From contig NC_045697.1 in the NCBI RefSeq assembly GCF_009834535.1, forward strand, positions 23,128,001 to 23,192,000: DNA of 64,000 nt. Reading direction: 5' to 3'. Under the pieces are notes generated by a model, which had not been told where the DNA came from, ran no database searches, and saw nothing but the letters and a program-made list of their open reading frames with translations. How positions within the stretch are numbered: position 1 is the first letter of the stretch; the number at the start of each line of letters is the position of its first letter. The DNA comes from Camelus ferus (lineage: Eukaryota). The position numbers and the translations under genes were made by a program. Shown one piece after another: positions 25,369 through 38,746 of the stretch.

Positions 25369-25882
25369 TGTCAGGGTCCCAAGACCAACCTCAGTTCTGT
25401 AATTTGCTAGAAGACCTTACTAGTCTGAATAAATCTGTTACACTCATGTAACACAGGACACTGTTCAGAATCAGCAAAGTGAAAAGGTGCATGAGTTGAA
25501 GTCTAGAGAAACCAGGTGCAACCTTTCAGGTGTCCCCAGCCGATGGCGTCATCCAGGTATGCCCTTAATTCTCCCAGCAGAGGGTACAAGTGATAATACA
25601 TGTGAAGCACTGTCATGTGACTGACTTAAGCTTCTCAGACTCCAGCCACCCTTTATCCCAAAGCAAAACAGGCATTCACCTGCAGCTGGTCATGGATACA
25701 TGTATCTGGTCAACCTAGGTGAGCATGGCCCAATGCCTCGAGTGTATAAAAGTAATCTTATCAAGCAGATCCCAAGAGCTTTTCCCAAGCCAGCCAAGGG
25801 CTAGCTCTGAAGACAGGCCTTCCTTTAGAATATGTGGGGTGGCAGCAATGCAAGTCTACCAAGTGGACTCTTACCTGCCTGT
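25369..25882 (-). mobile_element. ERVL-class solo LTR (MER21/MER77-like)
   Basis: tgtcagggtcccaagaccaacctcag...tgctagaagac...aatcagcaaagtgaaaaggtgcatg...cttaattctcccagca matches MER21/MER77 motifs. Confidence 0.75.
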
Positions 25883-26053
25883 CACCCTTGATCAGTGTGC
25901 TTTTCTTCTGACAAATTTGATGGGATGTTCCTGGTTTAGAAGCTAAACAGTGGAGCTTACCAACAATCTATTTTCTTTGTTTAAACAAATAATCCATTTA
26001 ATCTTAACTTAGAATTTCACTTTTCTTTTAAATTTTCATTTTGCCGTGATTAC

Positions 26054-26112
26054 TTTTTTTTTCTTTTTTCTTTTTCTTTTTTTTTTCTTTTTTTTCTTTT
26101 TTTTTTTTTTTT
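26054..26112. repeat. T-rich tract (poly-T punctuated by C), ~59 bp
   Basis: Direct reading. Confidence 0.95.
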
Positions 26113-26517
26113 GCTTGAGGGTGGTTTACTGCTTATTTTCGCTGAAAAGGATTCTTTAGCTTGCATTTCCTGGTCTCGGAGACCCATCCACGTGGTCCAG
26201 TGTTATAGGATGTGCACTGAAAGACTACAACTGCCTGGCTTGAGTGTTTAATCTTCAGATTAAAACAAGTAGAAAATACTTATGTCTTCAGGAATGAGCT
26301 GTTTCCTACAGGAACCAGAGATGGCTGAATTTGAGTAATTTAGACTTAATGAGATCATTTGAATTTCTAAGCATTATAGTCATACAATTGTGTTAAGAAA
26401 GTGTTCTTATCTATTCATGAAACAAAGGATTTGCTTTTATTATTGCCTTATCCTGGATTAGATGATTAGCACCAGGAAAAGGGATGTTTGAGAAAATGAA
26501 ACACAAGTTGGACAATC

Positions 26518-26607
26518 GGATCTTGTATATATTTCCCTGTGCTGTACAGTATAATCTTGTTTATCTATTCTACATATGGCTGCCAGTATCTATAAATTTT
26601 GAACTCT
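26518..26607 (-). mobile_element. Short L1 3' UTR fragment
   Basis: tatatttccctgtgctgtacagtataatcttgtttatctattctaca, similar to 56690-56727 of the young L1. Confidence 0.7.
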
Positions 26608-26984
26608 GAGACAAGTGTATTGAAATTTTTAAAGCTAAATTGTAGGGGGAATATAAGGGGAGTTATGCCAAAGTGGCACACACAAAGAAAAAGAATTGGA
26701 GAATATTGGAGCAGCAAGTGAATTCTGTCCACTGAAAAGAAGCATTAACGATGAAGTGCTAAGAACAGAAGACAGATTTACCCAGAATTAATGTGCAGCC
26801 TGTCTCTAAATTCTGTGGTTATGCGGTAATTCAAGATTCTGAGTAAAATATTATGTCTGTGAATTTTGACTGAATAGGGAATAAATTTCTTGACTCAAAT
26901 AAACATTCCAAAACGTAAAATATTTGTAGATGGATGTTCTATTCATTGAAATACCATAAATGCTACACATAAAAAACCTTAACT

Positions 26985-27540
26985 ATCCTCTGGGGTTTCC
27001 TATTACTGCTGTAAAAAATATCATAAAATTAGTGTCTTCACAATACGAATTTATTATCTTAAATTCTGGAGGCCAGACCCTCATATTGTATCTCTAGGCT
27101 AAAATCTAGGTGTGGCAAGTGCAGGTCTATGTCTCCTCTGGGGTCTAGGAGAAAATCCATTTCCTTGCCTGTTTCAGTTTCCTGAGGCTGCCTACATGCC
27201 TTGGCTCATGGCCCATCTTCTTCCTCTATTTTCAAAGCCAGCAATGTTGGGCCAAGTCCTGCACATGTGACAGTCCCTCCGGTTTTCCTCTTCCTCTCCC
27301 CTTTCTACTTTTAAGAATCATTGTGGTTGCACTGATCCCACTTGAATAATCCAGGACAATCTCTCAATTTTAAGGTCAGGTGATCAGCAGTATTAATTTC
27401 ATCCAAAACCTTAAGTCATTTCCTTCTTTGTCACACACAGAAGCTAGCACATTCACAGATTCCAAGGCTTAAAAACATCTGAGCCTCTTTGGGGATGATT
27501 TTTTATAGACATTTTTGGAGACTATAATTCTGCCTACCTC
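26985..27540 (-). mobile_element. MaLR LTR (MLT1C/D-like)
   Basis: tttcctattactgctgtaa...aatttattatctt..attctggaggccag...ggctaaaatctaggtgt...tctaggagaaaatccatttccttgcct...ataatccaggacaatctct...ttctgcctacc. Confidence 0.85.
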
Positions 27541-28730
27541 TGGGTAATATTCACATGCTACACAATTGTGTTTGAAATTTACCCAGAAATATTTTAAGAA
27601 CTTAAAATACGTTCTCTAGTGCTGAGATACAGTGAAAAGACATTTTAAATTCACAATGAGGCACATTATTTTTCAAGAAGTCAAGATTTTGAATTCCTCA
27701 GGAGAGTTTAATTGAGTGGAATTTAGACAAATATGATTGTTCCTTTTTCTGTACAATTATTACTACAGACATAGTGACTGAAATGAAAGACTGGCACCAT
27801 TGTATTTGTAATTCTTTGATTTGTTAGTGTACAATTGCCCTAAGATACTCACCTAAATGATGAAATCATGAAGGCAATCAAACTAATAATAGTCTTAAAA
27901 AATAAAAATATCTGATCAACCTCCCTTTTGTTACTCTTTACTATTAACACTTCACTTCTACCTGTGTTTGTTAGTAATTCAAGAAGAAAAACTTTTACAA
28001 GGAAGGATGAGACAATTTCAAGAAACTTCTTTAACTCTATGCATTTATGAGTTCTGACAATTTGTCAACTCTATTTATGCTGAAGGTACACAATGCTAAT
28101 ATTTGTCATGACATGTGCAGAAGAAAAGTGCTTAGTGCTACATTTCCCATATAATTTTAATATCATTTTTTCAAGAGGTAGAAATTTACAAGTTAAATGT
28201 CTAGAATCATAATCTCAATCTTTTTAAAAGACATAGTAATTTTGAAAAATTGGAAGCATCTAATTAATTATGCCCAATGGGGTTAGAGCAGAGGAAATAT
28301 GTTTAAATGTAAATGCAATCACAAATGTGTAGGAAATAGTGAAAATTTATTTTGAAAATATTTCCGCAGCCACTAGCAATTTTAAAAGTTTAAAGTTTCT
28401 GTTCAGATCTGACTCAAATTCTTTCAAAAAATTGGATACTTCAATATTCAAAGATACAAAAAATGAACTAATAAATGCAAATGTAATTGTTGCTAATATG
28501 ATTTAGATTTGACCAAATTAACAATATTAATTGGTCAGCAAGTAAATTGGTGATGGAAATAAATCAAATCTGATTTTAATCAGAAAGTATGTTTTCTGGA
28601 TGTTGGTGAACAAGTACTTTGAAAGGTAGATGCATTTAAAGGAATTTAGGAAGTTTATTTATTTCCAGTTTAGTTATAGATTTGCATGTCTGTTTCCAAA
28701 AATAATACCCTCATCTGTGCCTGCAATATT

Positions 28731-28780
28731 TAATATAATATAATATAATATAATATAATATAATATAATATAATATAATA
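28731..28780. repeat. (TAATA)10 pentanucleotide microsatellite
   Basis: Perfect repeat, direct reading. Confidence 0.97.
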
Positions 28781-30145
28781 TCCATCAACTCTAAAACTCC
28801 TCTCTATAATACTCATTGGAGTACTTACAGAGTATATTCTTAAAATATTCAGTAAAGATAAAGATGTGCGTATACTATAACCCAGTAATAGGTTATATAA
28901 TTATGTAATCCCAGAGAACCCTGGAGGCTTGTAATAAAAAAAGTTACAAGTGTTAAAAAGTGAAGGAAGAGGGACTAACTCACACCAGTAGAATAGGTAG
29001 ATATACTGTAGAATATTTATGCAGTAGAATAGTAGATGGGAATCAAAATAAAATAAACTATAGCTGTACATATCAACATAAACAAATATAACAAATTAGG
29101 AGTGAAGAAAGCAAGTTTGAAATAAAGGTAACATGGACTTAGATTATCAAAAGACAAACAGTACATATTAATCAAGAATATGTTAAAATAAATTCATTAG
29201 GGATGAATTTAAATGTAGTAAAACATGAAGATATGTATGAAAATGCATGGGAATAAGGATAGTGGTTAGTTCCTAGGAGACAGGAGAATCTGTTCAGGAA
29301 AGGGACATACAAGACTTCAAATGTATTTGTAGTCTGTGAATTCTAATCTTGGGTATTGTCTATATGAGCTTTTTTTTCAATTCTTTTGATATATTTTGAT
29401 TATATAAATTATTTCATAAAACACCCTTCTATTCCACAAATATGTCTGCTAGTGTGTGCTTTTTGTGATGTCACCTGTCTGTGTGTGTATAACAAAACTC
29501 TGGAAAATAGAGATATAACAGAGATATTCCTTTCCAAAGCATTTTGCCTCTAGCAGAATCTCCGAAGTGCCAGTCTTGAGACGGCTTGTAGAGTGATTTT
29601 CTTTAGAAATCAGGCCAACTTCCACCTCCATCTCCCATAGACATTGAGGAGAGGATGTGGCCAGCAACACTTCCACAAAAACAAAAAAGATCTTGGGTGC
29701 TGGTTATCCCTTAACAACTGGCAGTCTGCCCTCTTTGAGATGATTAGCCTCACAGCACACTAGACCCTCTTCCTAATTCCTCTGCAACCAAGCAATTTGG
29801 AAACAAAAAATTACCACTCAAAAAGTGTGATGCTGGAAATCACTGATCTAAAATATTCTTACCAGAAAGTTTGATTAAGTTTTTAGTAATTTTTTTTTCC
29901 AGAAATAGCAGCTTCTGTTATCCCTATTACTAGTTACATGGTCACTCTATTCCTCAATTCTTTGTGTCCCAGTATTATTTTATGTTCATGTGAAAGATCA
30001 TTTTTTAATGCAACAGATCTTTTTGTTTGCAAGCATGCTTGCAAAATATTGGTTGAGAAAATAAATAAGAACCTATGAAGAATAAGCTTGTCTACCTCAA
30101 GAGTGATGTGGTCACTAGTTTCTATCTTAGGTGAGCTTCCAACAC

Positions 30146-30510
30146 TGTCTTTGTCTGTTCAGGCTCTTACAACAAAATATCATAGACTGGGTATCTTATA
30201 AACAACAGAAAGTTATTTCTCACAGATCTGGAGGAAGGAAGTTCAAGATCAGGGCACCAATATGATTATGGTTCTGATAAAGGTACTTTTCTGGGTTGTA
30301 GACTGCCAGCTGATCACTGTTTCCTCACATGTGGAAGAGGCAAGAGAGTTCCGTGGGATCTCTTTTCAAAGAGCACTAACTTTCTTCCTTAGGGCTCCAC
30401 CCTCATCACCTAAGCACCTCCCAATAGGCCAACCTTCAAGCAGCAACACGACGGGCATTAGGATTTCAACATTCAAATTTTGGGGGAAAACAAATATTCA
30501 AACCAGAGTA
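30146..30510 (-). mobile_element. MaLR LTR (MLT1A-like)
   Basis: tgtctttgtctgttcaggct...acaaaatatcatagactgggt..cttataaacaacagaaa.ttatttctcacag...ttaggatttcaaca...ttttgggggaaaacaaatattcaaacca. Confidence 0.88.
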
Positions 30511-32506
30511 ACCTTCCTGTGAAAATACCAGGAGAGATAAATATCATTATCGAATCGTGCATCATTTTATATTTCTGAAATCATTAGCTCAGACTCGTTG
30601 TCAATACATCAGATGTTGTCTTTTAATCATCATGCAGTTATATGAATTATATTTTCAATTTAGATTCCATCTTCAAGGCTATGTAAGTGGGGTCTACTAG
30701 ACCCAAATGATTAGGCTATTGCTATAAATAATTTGAGCTCATAAAATACCTTATGTGGTTCACCACTCTAAGACATGACTGTGCTAAGACAGAACAGAAG
30801 CAGTAATAGTACACTGTGCTTTTTCTTGGTGTCATTACTCAAAGACACAAAGCAGTTTCCACTCCTCCTGCCACTCCTACTATTAACAGTCTTTCATTTA
30901 TGAGGGCTTTAAGGCAACAGTTCAATCAAGCAAAACAAATACTATCAAAGATTCATTTCACGTTTTATTTGTGTTTGGTTATAAATATTTGAAAAAGGAG
31001 ATGAAAATGTAGTATGGAAATAGTTATATTTTTTATATAAGGGTATGTTCAGAAAAATGGGACCTTTTTCTCCTTGAATCAACCAAGTTATAACCAAGAA
31101 TTAATTTAAAATTACTTTTCACTGTAGCATTGCTTTTTCAAGATAATTAAATTACATACAATGTCACAATACTATGCTTTCCTAAATTTCACAGGTCAGA
31201 TAGAAAGTTTAATAGAATGGCTACACAAGTCTGTCAATTGCATAGCTATCCAAAAGAAAAATCCAATTTCATATTCTAACTGCATTTGTTGAAAAACACA
31301 GTGATGATTTCTTAAAAACTCTTCCTGGGATGACTACAGGCACCCAAATTCTATTCTGAAAAGGCTATCGTACTTGTTCCTTGACATTTTCAAAGTTCAT
31401 GCGATCCTGAGAAATGATTAAAGGTTATATCTAGAGCATATTGCTGATGACAGTTTCCCTAGTTTGCAATAGTTCATAGGTAGCAAAGAATGCATTGTTT
31501 TAAGAATTTCTATTTTCTTTTTTACTCTATCCTTCAAGTCACAATTTTAGCCATTCTTTGTTCCCACAGCTGGTACAGAGTTCTATAGACACTAGGATAT
31601 TATTTCACCAATAGTGGTATAAACACATAATTTGAGCCTAAATTGTTTTATTTCTATCATTACCTTTGACTTTATTCCAGCTAAATGGTATAGTATTTCT
31701 TTATCACAAGTCAAGAGAAATAGACGCTGAGAATCATCTTGCAATCTATGATCAGTTGTTTAATCTGTATAAGCGCTACATAAAATAAAACTATAAAACT
31801 AAAATAATCTCTCTCCTCTTGAGATGCTTACATTCCTAACATGTATTTTTATTCTAACCTAAACTTAGGTATGACTTATAAACTCATTTTAAAAATTCAT
31901 ATGATAAATGTAGTTAAAACTTATTTACTATTTTAAATTGTAAATTAAGTAGCTATAACTATATATTTGTAATCATGAACAGAATTCCTAGAATTTTCTT
32001 CTTCAGCCTAAGGGGTAAAATAGTTCCCTTAGAGACCACCAATCAAAAATTTTGTCAACATGCAACCATTAACTGACTATTGTCTAACCCACTCCAAGAT
32101 CTCATGCTCTTCTTAATTAATAATTACTGTATGTTAATTCTCTCTTTCTCTGTCATACATGAATTTGTAAGAGAAAGAGTCTCTCTCTATAGCCCATGAA
32201 AATACTGTGGCAATATTTTATTACATAACAAATTCAACAGGACAGTTTTTCAACTACTTCACACTCAAGCTATCTGCTGATTATCTTCCCAGTCTTGCTC
32301 TCCTCTCTCTTATCCTTCACTTTGTTCTAGGATGTATACTTTTCAACTATCCCTCACTTTACAGATATGTCTTGAGACAGAGTGAAATAAACTGTCTTTC
32401 CAATTTTTCATAGCCAACAAGTGGCAGGACTACTATGTATGAACCCCTGTGATGGATAACAGGCATGTAAAGTTGGGCAAATGTGGTTTCTTCCATTAAA
32501 GAGTTT

Positions 32507-32640
32507 ACAAGCTTTTTCTTTTTTAATTGAAGTATAGTCGGTTTCCAATGTTGTGTTTATTTCTGGTGTACAGCAGAGTAATTCATGTACATATATATAT
32601 TCCTTTTCATATTCTTTTTCATTATAGGCTATTACAAGGT
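32507..32640 (-). mobile_element. Extremely 5'-truncated L1 (134 bp of 3' UTR and tail)
   Basis: ttaattgaagtatagtcggtttccaatgttgtg...tctggtgtacagc is an L1 3' terminus. Perfect 17-bp TSD CTTCCATTAAAGAGTTT at 32490-32506 and 32641-32657. Confidence 0.92.
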
Positions 32641-32724
32641 CTTCCATTAAAGAGTTTTATGTCTACCTTGTGATATTGGTGTGTATACATGAGCTGTACC
32701 ACAGTAAGGTAAATTTGAGTGGAG

Positions 32725-32975
32725 GTTTGTAAAACACAGTAACTAAGAGTAAAAGCCTTTGAGTACAATCTGAATGTGAATCCCAGCTCTAACATGAAGT
32801 AACTGGTGACCTCTGAGTCACTTAACTATATTCAATTCATTTAACTACACAGTGAGGTAATTATATTGATAACGCAAATGTATTACGGCAATTAATTGAG
32901 TTAAAGCAGATCAGTTATCCAATACAACTTCTCACATACAGGTAGCATTCACTAAAGAAAAATTGCTATTATAAA
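32725..32975 (+). mobile_element. MIR SINE remnant
   Basis: tgaatcccagctcta...actggtgacctctgagtcacttaact...attgagttaa...cacatacaggtagcattcactaaa. Confidence 0.7.
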
Positions 32976-33134
32976 TTGTTGTGGGAATAGGACAATGACT
33001 ATTCACAGGAGAGAATATAAGCTCACTGCTGAAGTCAATTTAGTGACATGCAAAAGATACAGTACATTCAGTCTAGTCTATTATATATTTTCCTGTCATA
33101 TGTTATTTATTTTTAAATTATTTTATTTTGCATT

Positions 33135-33689
33135 TGTAGGGGAGTATAATTTGCTATCACAAAATGTATCTCTTAGACATGCAGATTACTTCAAGTTGAA
33201 AACAATCAAGGCCCAAAAGACTCAGGAAGAACCTTTGACTTTTCCCTAACTGACTAAAAGAATTTAGATAGAGGGCCTGTTCTTGGAATAGGGTTATTAC
33301 CATAGATATCTACAAAAAATATGGCCTCAGTGTGGTAAGGGAAATTTGGCAGAGCCTACAGATCAGAGTCCCTCTGTGTCCCATTGTTTCTGTATAGCCC
33401 AGCAAACTTTCATTTACCAAACATTTGCTTTTCCATGTAAATTGTCTTCTTGCTCTTTGAAATCTCAAACCTCTATCCTCAACATCCTCTTTTGCCTTTA
33501 GCCAAAGATAGTATTTAAGGTGATGGCTTCAGCCATTTGGTGAATTAATCAATTTTCTGGGTCTCTCCCATGCCTACTTGTTATTAAACTTTTGTTTGAT
33601 TTTTTCCTTTAATCTACTTCATGTGAATGTAATTCTTAGACCAGCCAGAAGTACCTAAAAGGGTAAAAACTTTTCTGCCCCCTTAAACA
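33135..33689 (+). mobile_element. ERV1-class solo LTR (MER34-like)
   Basis: Starts TGtaggggag...caaaatgtatctctt, has ATTAAA at ~33583 and ends ...CA. 4-bp TSD CATT at 33131-33134 and 33690-33693. Confidence 0.85.
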
Positions 33690-35701
33690 CATTCATGCAC
33701 TGGTTGAACAATTGTGTTAGATAATTTGTAAGGTCCTCCTGAACTACAATGTTACATGAAATAAATAGAGGCTGATGGAAAGCCAAGTATTTGGGTCAAA
33801 TTCACTACCTGTAGTCAGAATTTTGTAATATTTTGAACACTTTTTCCTTTTATTTACATAATTACAGGCCTTAAAAACCATAAGTAGGGCTTCCTTTAAA
33901 TTATGATTTTTAATGATACTCTCTGAAAGCTTCCTAAAATTGGTCATAATTTATATCAGGATGATATTATCACTTGTTGCTCCCAGAAAAAGAAACTTGT
34001 ATCAAATTTTGAAAGTATTGAAAGGACTTAAATAGGGGCAGAGAATCAGAGGTTATAAGTGAGATTGTAGACCACTTATACTCTCAAGCTACTGTGATTT
34101 GAAACATAAATGAAGGCCAAGGTTGCCTACACTGTGCTAAGTATTAGAATAGACACCATGTCCTTCCAAGTACTCTGCAAACCATTTTTAACACAAAGCC
34201 ACAAGTGAGGTTTCATCAACAGCAAAATAAAGTAGATCTTACTAAAGCATAGCAACTCAAACATGATTTTTAACAAGGACCAATTGAAGAGAAGAAGTAC
34301 TTCTCTTATCCCTGTATATAAATGGTTGATGCACTGAAGTGTGATATTTAATTACCTCTTTTTATTTTACCCATCCTTATTTTAACTTTCATAGCTACAC
34401 ATGTTACACTGGCCATAAAATTATATTGTCCATTTTAAGGTGCAGCTACAGTGTTTTTCAGGCTGATTTCCTGTTGCAGAGCATTTTGCCAGTGGTCACC
34501 ACACCATGGGAAGCTTTTCCACCAATTGGTTCCAAATTTATAGCCCTTAAACGTTACCAGTGTCATGCCATTAAACAGGGGAGTCTATGTTTCTGCAATC
34601 AGTTAGAAACCTTCTCTAAGTTTCAACCTCCTCCGTTCAATCACTCTACTTGCCAAGGTGAAGATACTAACCCTAATTGCTAATGTCTCATTCTATAAAA
34701 TATCTGGAATAGTATACAAAATCCTACTGTATCAGATCCTTTCAAGAAAAGAAAATGTATTGATTTGTGGGGGAATACAAAAAAGGCTGATTTGCAGAAG
34801 AGTTCTAAGCCTTGTAAGTGCATCCATGGTGGGAATCATTAAAAAAAATTATCTGTAATATTTGCAATACATATTTGAAAATTTTTCAATGAAAACAGAT
34901 TGACAAAGGGCTATTATTTAGTTTTCTTAGTTTTAGTAGCACAGAAAAACCATGACCCACACATATTAAATATACAGTATAAGCTGCTGAAAATACAGGA
35001 ATTTTCTGGTCACCTTGTAATTGTCTACAATATCTGTGTTTAGAAATAATACTATTTAATTTATTCCTTTTAAAATCAGAGATTCTTATTAATCATTGTT
35101 TACCATCATTCTGACATCTTCCTGTCTCTCCTCATATATAAGAAGACAGAGACAAATTAGCCAAATTCTATCTAACATTTCAGTATTTTATTGCTTCACA
35201 CAAAGTTAAAAGAATAAGAACATATTCTTTTTAAATTACACTTATGTATGTCAATGGTACTTTTCCAAATGTGAAACATATATATTTTATATGTCTACAT
35301 ATTTATTCTGAAGAAATGAATTTATTAAAGTACAAACTCCAGAAAAATCTTTGCATATTCTAAACTTCTACCTAACTACAAGACACTAATAATGACATAT
35401 TAATATAAATATTGAACAATTTCTCTTATACCAATATGGCAATAGGTTAGAGACAGGACATAATGGTATTTATTCACTCTTTTATCTTCAGGCATAGAAC
35501 AATGCCTGGGAAGTGATCAATAATATTCACTGTATAAAAATATAGACTCATAAATATTTATTCATTTATTTTCTTCAACAAAGCTTAACTTAAAACCTAC
35601 ACTTTGGTAAGCAGTAAACAAGATGTTAGTAATTTTGAAAGAAAAATTATTCTGCCCACAATAAAATCCTAATCTAATGGAATATAAATAATTAATATAT
35701 A

Positions 35702-36172
35702 TTGATCTTTCTTGACTTATGGTGAGGTTACATCCCAATAAACTCATCAAAAGTTGAAAATATCTTAAGTTGAAAATGTATTTAATACACCTCACCTGCA
35801 GCTTAACCTAGCCTACCTTAAACATGATCAGAATACTTATATTAGCCTACAGTTGGGCAAAATAATCAAATCAAAACCTATTTTATAACAAAGTGTTGAC
35901 TAACTCTTGCAGTTTATTGAACACTGTACTAAAAGTGAAAAACAAAATGGCTTTCTGGGGACAGATGGTTGTTAAGTATATCGGTTGTTTACCCTCGTGA
36001 TGCATGGCTGACAGGGAGCTGAGGCTGCAGTATCTTTCCACACATTGCTAGCCCTGGGAAAAGATCAAAATTCAAAATTCAAAACACAGTTTCTACTGAA
36101 TACGTATGACTTTCACACCATCGTAAAGTGGACAAATTGTAAATGGACCCATCGTAAATTGGGAACCATCTG
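35702..36172. mobile_element. Tigger-family MITE (MER47/Tigger5-like)
   Basis: cttgacttatggtgaggttacatcccaataaactcatc...cctagcctaccttaaac...attagcctacagttgggcaaaat...ccatcgtaaattgggaaccatctg, with degenerate TIRs. Confidence 0.85.
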
Positions 36173-36486
36173 CAATAAAAATGCTATGTCATTATTGTCA
36201 TAATCCTCAGATTCACTGATCAATTTCCTATCTATTCGAAAACCCAAGTGAAGACCTCAGCTGCCAACTGGAACAAAATATTTCCAGGATTTGATCACTG
36301 AAGAACCATCAATTCATAAAGTATTTCTTATTTCTCTTAGGCTTGAATGTTATACCAAATGCAATGCAGTGATCACATTTCCTATACCAAGCTTCTATTC
36401 TTATGATTTTCATCTTTTCTCTCTTTTCTTTGCGAGTTTGTGTCTCTACTGACCCATTTCACTGTACCTTAAAAACTCCTTAAAAA

Positions 36487-36624
36487 TTTTTTGTTGTTGT
36501 TTTTGTTTGGAGGAGAGGTAATTAGGTTTATTTATTTATTTATTTTCAGTGGAGGTACTGGGGATTGAACCCAGGACCTCATACATGCTAAACACAGACT
36601 GTACCACTGAACTATATGCTCCCC
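36487..36624 (-). mobile_element. tRNA-derived SINE (vic-1-like), more diverged copy
   Basis: ggaggtactggggattgaacccaggacctc...accactgaactatatgctcccc. Same family as 20578-20704, with a (TTTA)n tail. Confidence 0.9.
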
Positions 36625-37689
36625 ACTCCACAACTCTCCTTTTGAAGAATCAAATTTAAAAAAAAACCTCCACAGAACACCTACTCCACCTTCTTCCTGA
36701 GTGAAACCTCACTGCCCTTTCAGCAGGCCTCCTCTCTCTCCGTTTACTGAATTTGTGGTGCACAGCTTGACTGCAATTCTTGGCAGCTTGAGAGTAGCTT
36801 AGCCATCCTCCTATTGTATTTGTTTCATTACAGTTTTGACCAAAATCTGGCAAAAATCCTTTTTTTTTTTTTATGATCCTAATGCCACCTGTTGCTTAAT
36901 ACAATGTTGAGATAGTAGCTGAGTTTATATACTTCTCGTGTCTTTTTTAACATAAGAACTCTCCCTTAATACATAAGAGGCAAATTAGAAAAGCAATTGC
37001 ACTTAATATGGGAAAAAACTGAGTTAAATTTTTGTGTTTATAGTTACAAAATAGGCTCTCAATACTCACAACAATAAAAATAACCTCCATGTCTTCTTTG
37101 GATTCCCTAGAGAATAAACGGGGAAAGTGGTCTTAATAGGTTAATCCTTAAATAATGTAGCATACAGTTTTGCTGTAGACATTTTGGGGGGGGCAAGGAG
37201 CTACTTAAATGTTGGCTCAGATAATGAAGGCAGTGTCCACATATGCAGTTATGAGAAATTAAAAAAAATACATATATATATATTAACTGGATTTTCTAGA
37301 GTTTTCTGATCTGTGGACACTGAAAACCATTCCTATGTATGGCAAACATGACTTGACCAGACACACTTGTGATCATTTCAATCCACACTTGTTTGACAGT
37401 CAGGAATGCTTAACATGATGTGAAATAAAACCTTGCACTTTCTTGTGGACTTAGCATCTTGCCATGAAGAGGTGGATCCTCTGTCCAGGTTAGGAAAACC
37501 ATTGAGAGACACTGGTAGAGTGGAGATTTCACAGGTAACCTGCTTGTTTCACATAACAGGTTTTGCTTCAGTCACCGGGAGAATCTTACTTTCTCCTCTT
37601 TGGATTACTGGAGCAAACTGTGTGCTTGTCATTAATCCTTCATAATTCTACCCCAACATCTGTTTAATTTTCCAATAATTGCTGGCATA

Positions 37690-38287
37690 ATCCTCTTAAA
37701 TGCAGGTCTGATTACATTAATTCTCTATCAAAAGTCTTCATAGTTGAAGACATTCTCTATCTCTTCATACAAAAAGAAAAGTTCCTCCCATTTGATAATT
37801 TTCTTCATTCTTACGTTTACCACTATCTATTTCCCACATGTTAGTATAAATACATTTTATATTTTATTTCCTAAAATTTGTCATTCATGCCATTCCACCT
37901 CAGAATCATTGCACAAATTGCTCCATTTACCTGGATATACATTGCAAGCATGCACACCCACACATATCCATCCACACGCATCCATCTGTGTATGTATGCA
38001 TGGATACTAATATTCTTACTTAGGACTTCAGTTTAAAAGATACCATCTTCAGAAGCAAATTTCATCCCTAGTGGAGAATGAGAGAGTCTTTGGTGTATTT
38101 CTGTTTTTACCATCTTGCTCTTCCCAGTGTCATACTTTTGATCACACAGTAATGGCATATTAACAACCCTTATTCCCTTATTATGTTCCATATAGCTTGA
38201 GAATAAGAACCGTACAATGATGTCTCATCAGCACCTGTTCTAGTGCCTTGTCCATAGTATATGATCAATATGATTTTTAATGAATGC
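37690..38287 (+). mobile_element. L2 fragments
   Basis: aaatgcaggtctgattacatt...ctatcaaaagtcttca; 3' end ttctagtgccttgtccatagta...ttttaatgaatg. Confidence 0.6.
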
Positions 38288-38311
38288 TAAAGGTAATCAT
38301 GAGTTACATTT

Positions 38312-38746
38312 TTGTAATGAGAATTGAGATACACAAAATAACCTTCCAGCTTAAAGCTGTCCACATCCTTATCCCTGGAACCTATGAAAATGTTACATTA
38401 CGTGGAAAATGAGAAGTAAGGTTGCAGATTGAATCAAGGTTGCTAATCAACTGATTTTAAAATGAAGGAATTATTTAAGATTATTTGAATGGGTCTTAAT
38501 CTGGGAAAAGAGAGGCAGGAGAGTCAGAAACAGAGTTGACCTTGTGAAAAAGACTCCAATGGCCATTGATGGCTTTGAAGTTGGAGGAAGGAGCCAGGAG
38601 CTGACGAATGACTTCCAGAAGATGTGGATTATCCCACTGAGTCCAATTCTGACTGCTCCCTCCAGAATTGTAAGACAACAAATCTGTGTTGTTTAAAGCT
38701 TCTAAGTTTTGGTAATTTGCTGCAGAGACAATATGAAACTAATAGA
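38312..38746 (+). mobile_element. MaLR LTR (MLT1D-like)
   Basis: tgtccacatccttatccctggaacctatgaaaatgttac...aaggttgcagattgaatcaaggttgctaatcaactga...ctccagaattgtaagacaacaaatctgtgttgtttaaagc...gaaactaata. Confidence 0.85.
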
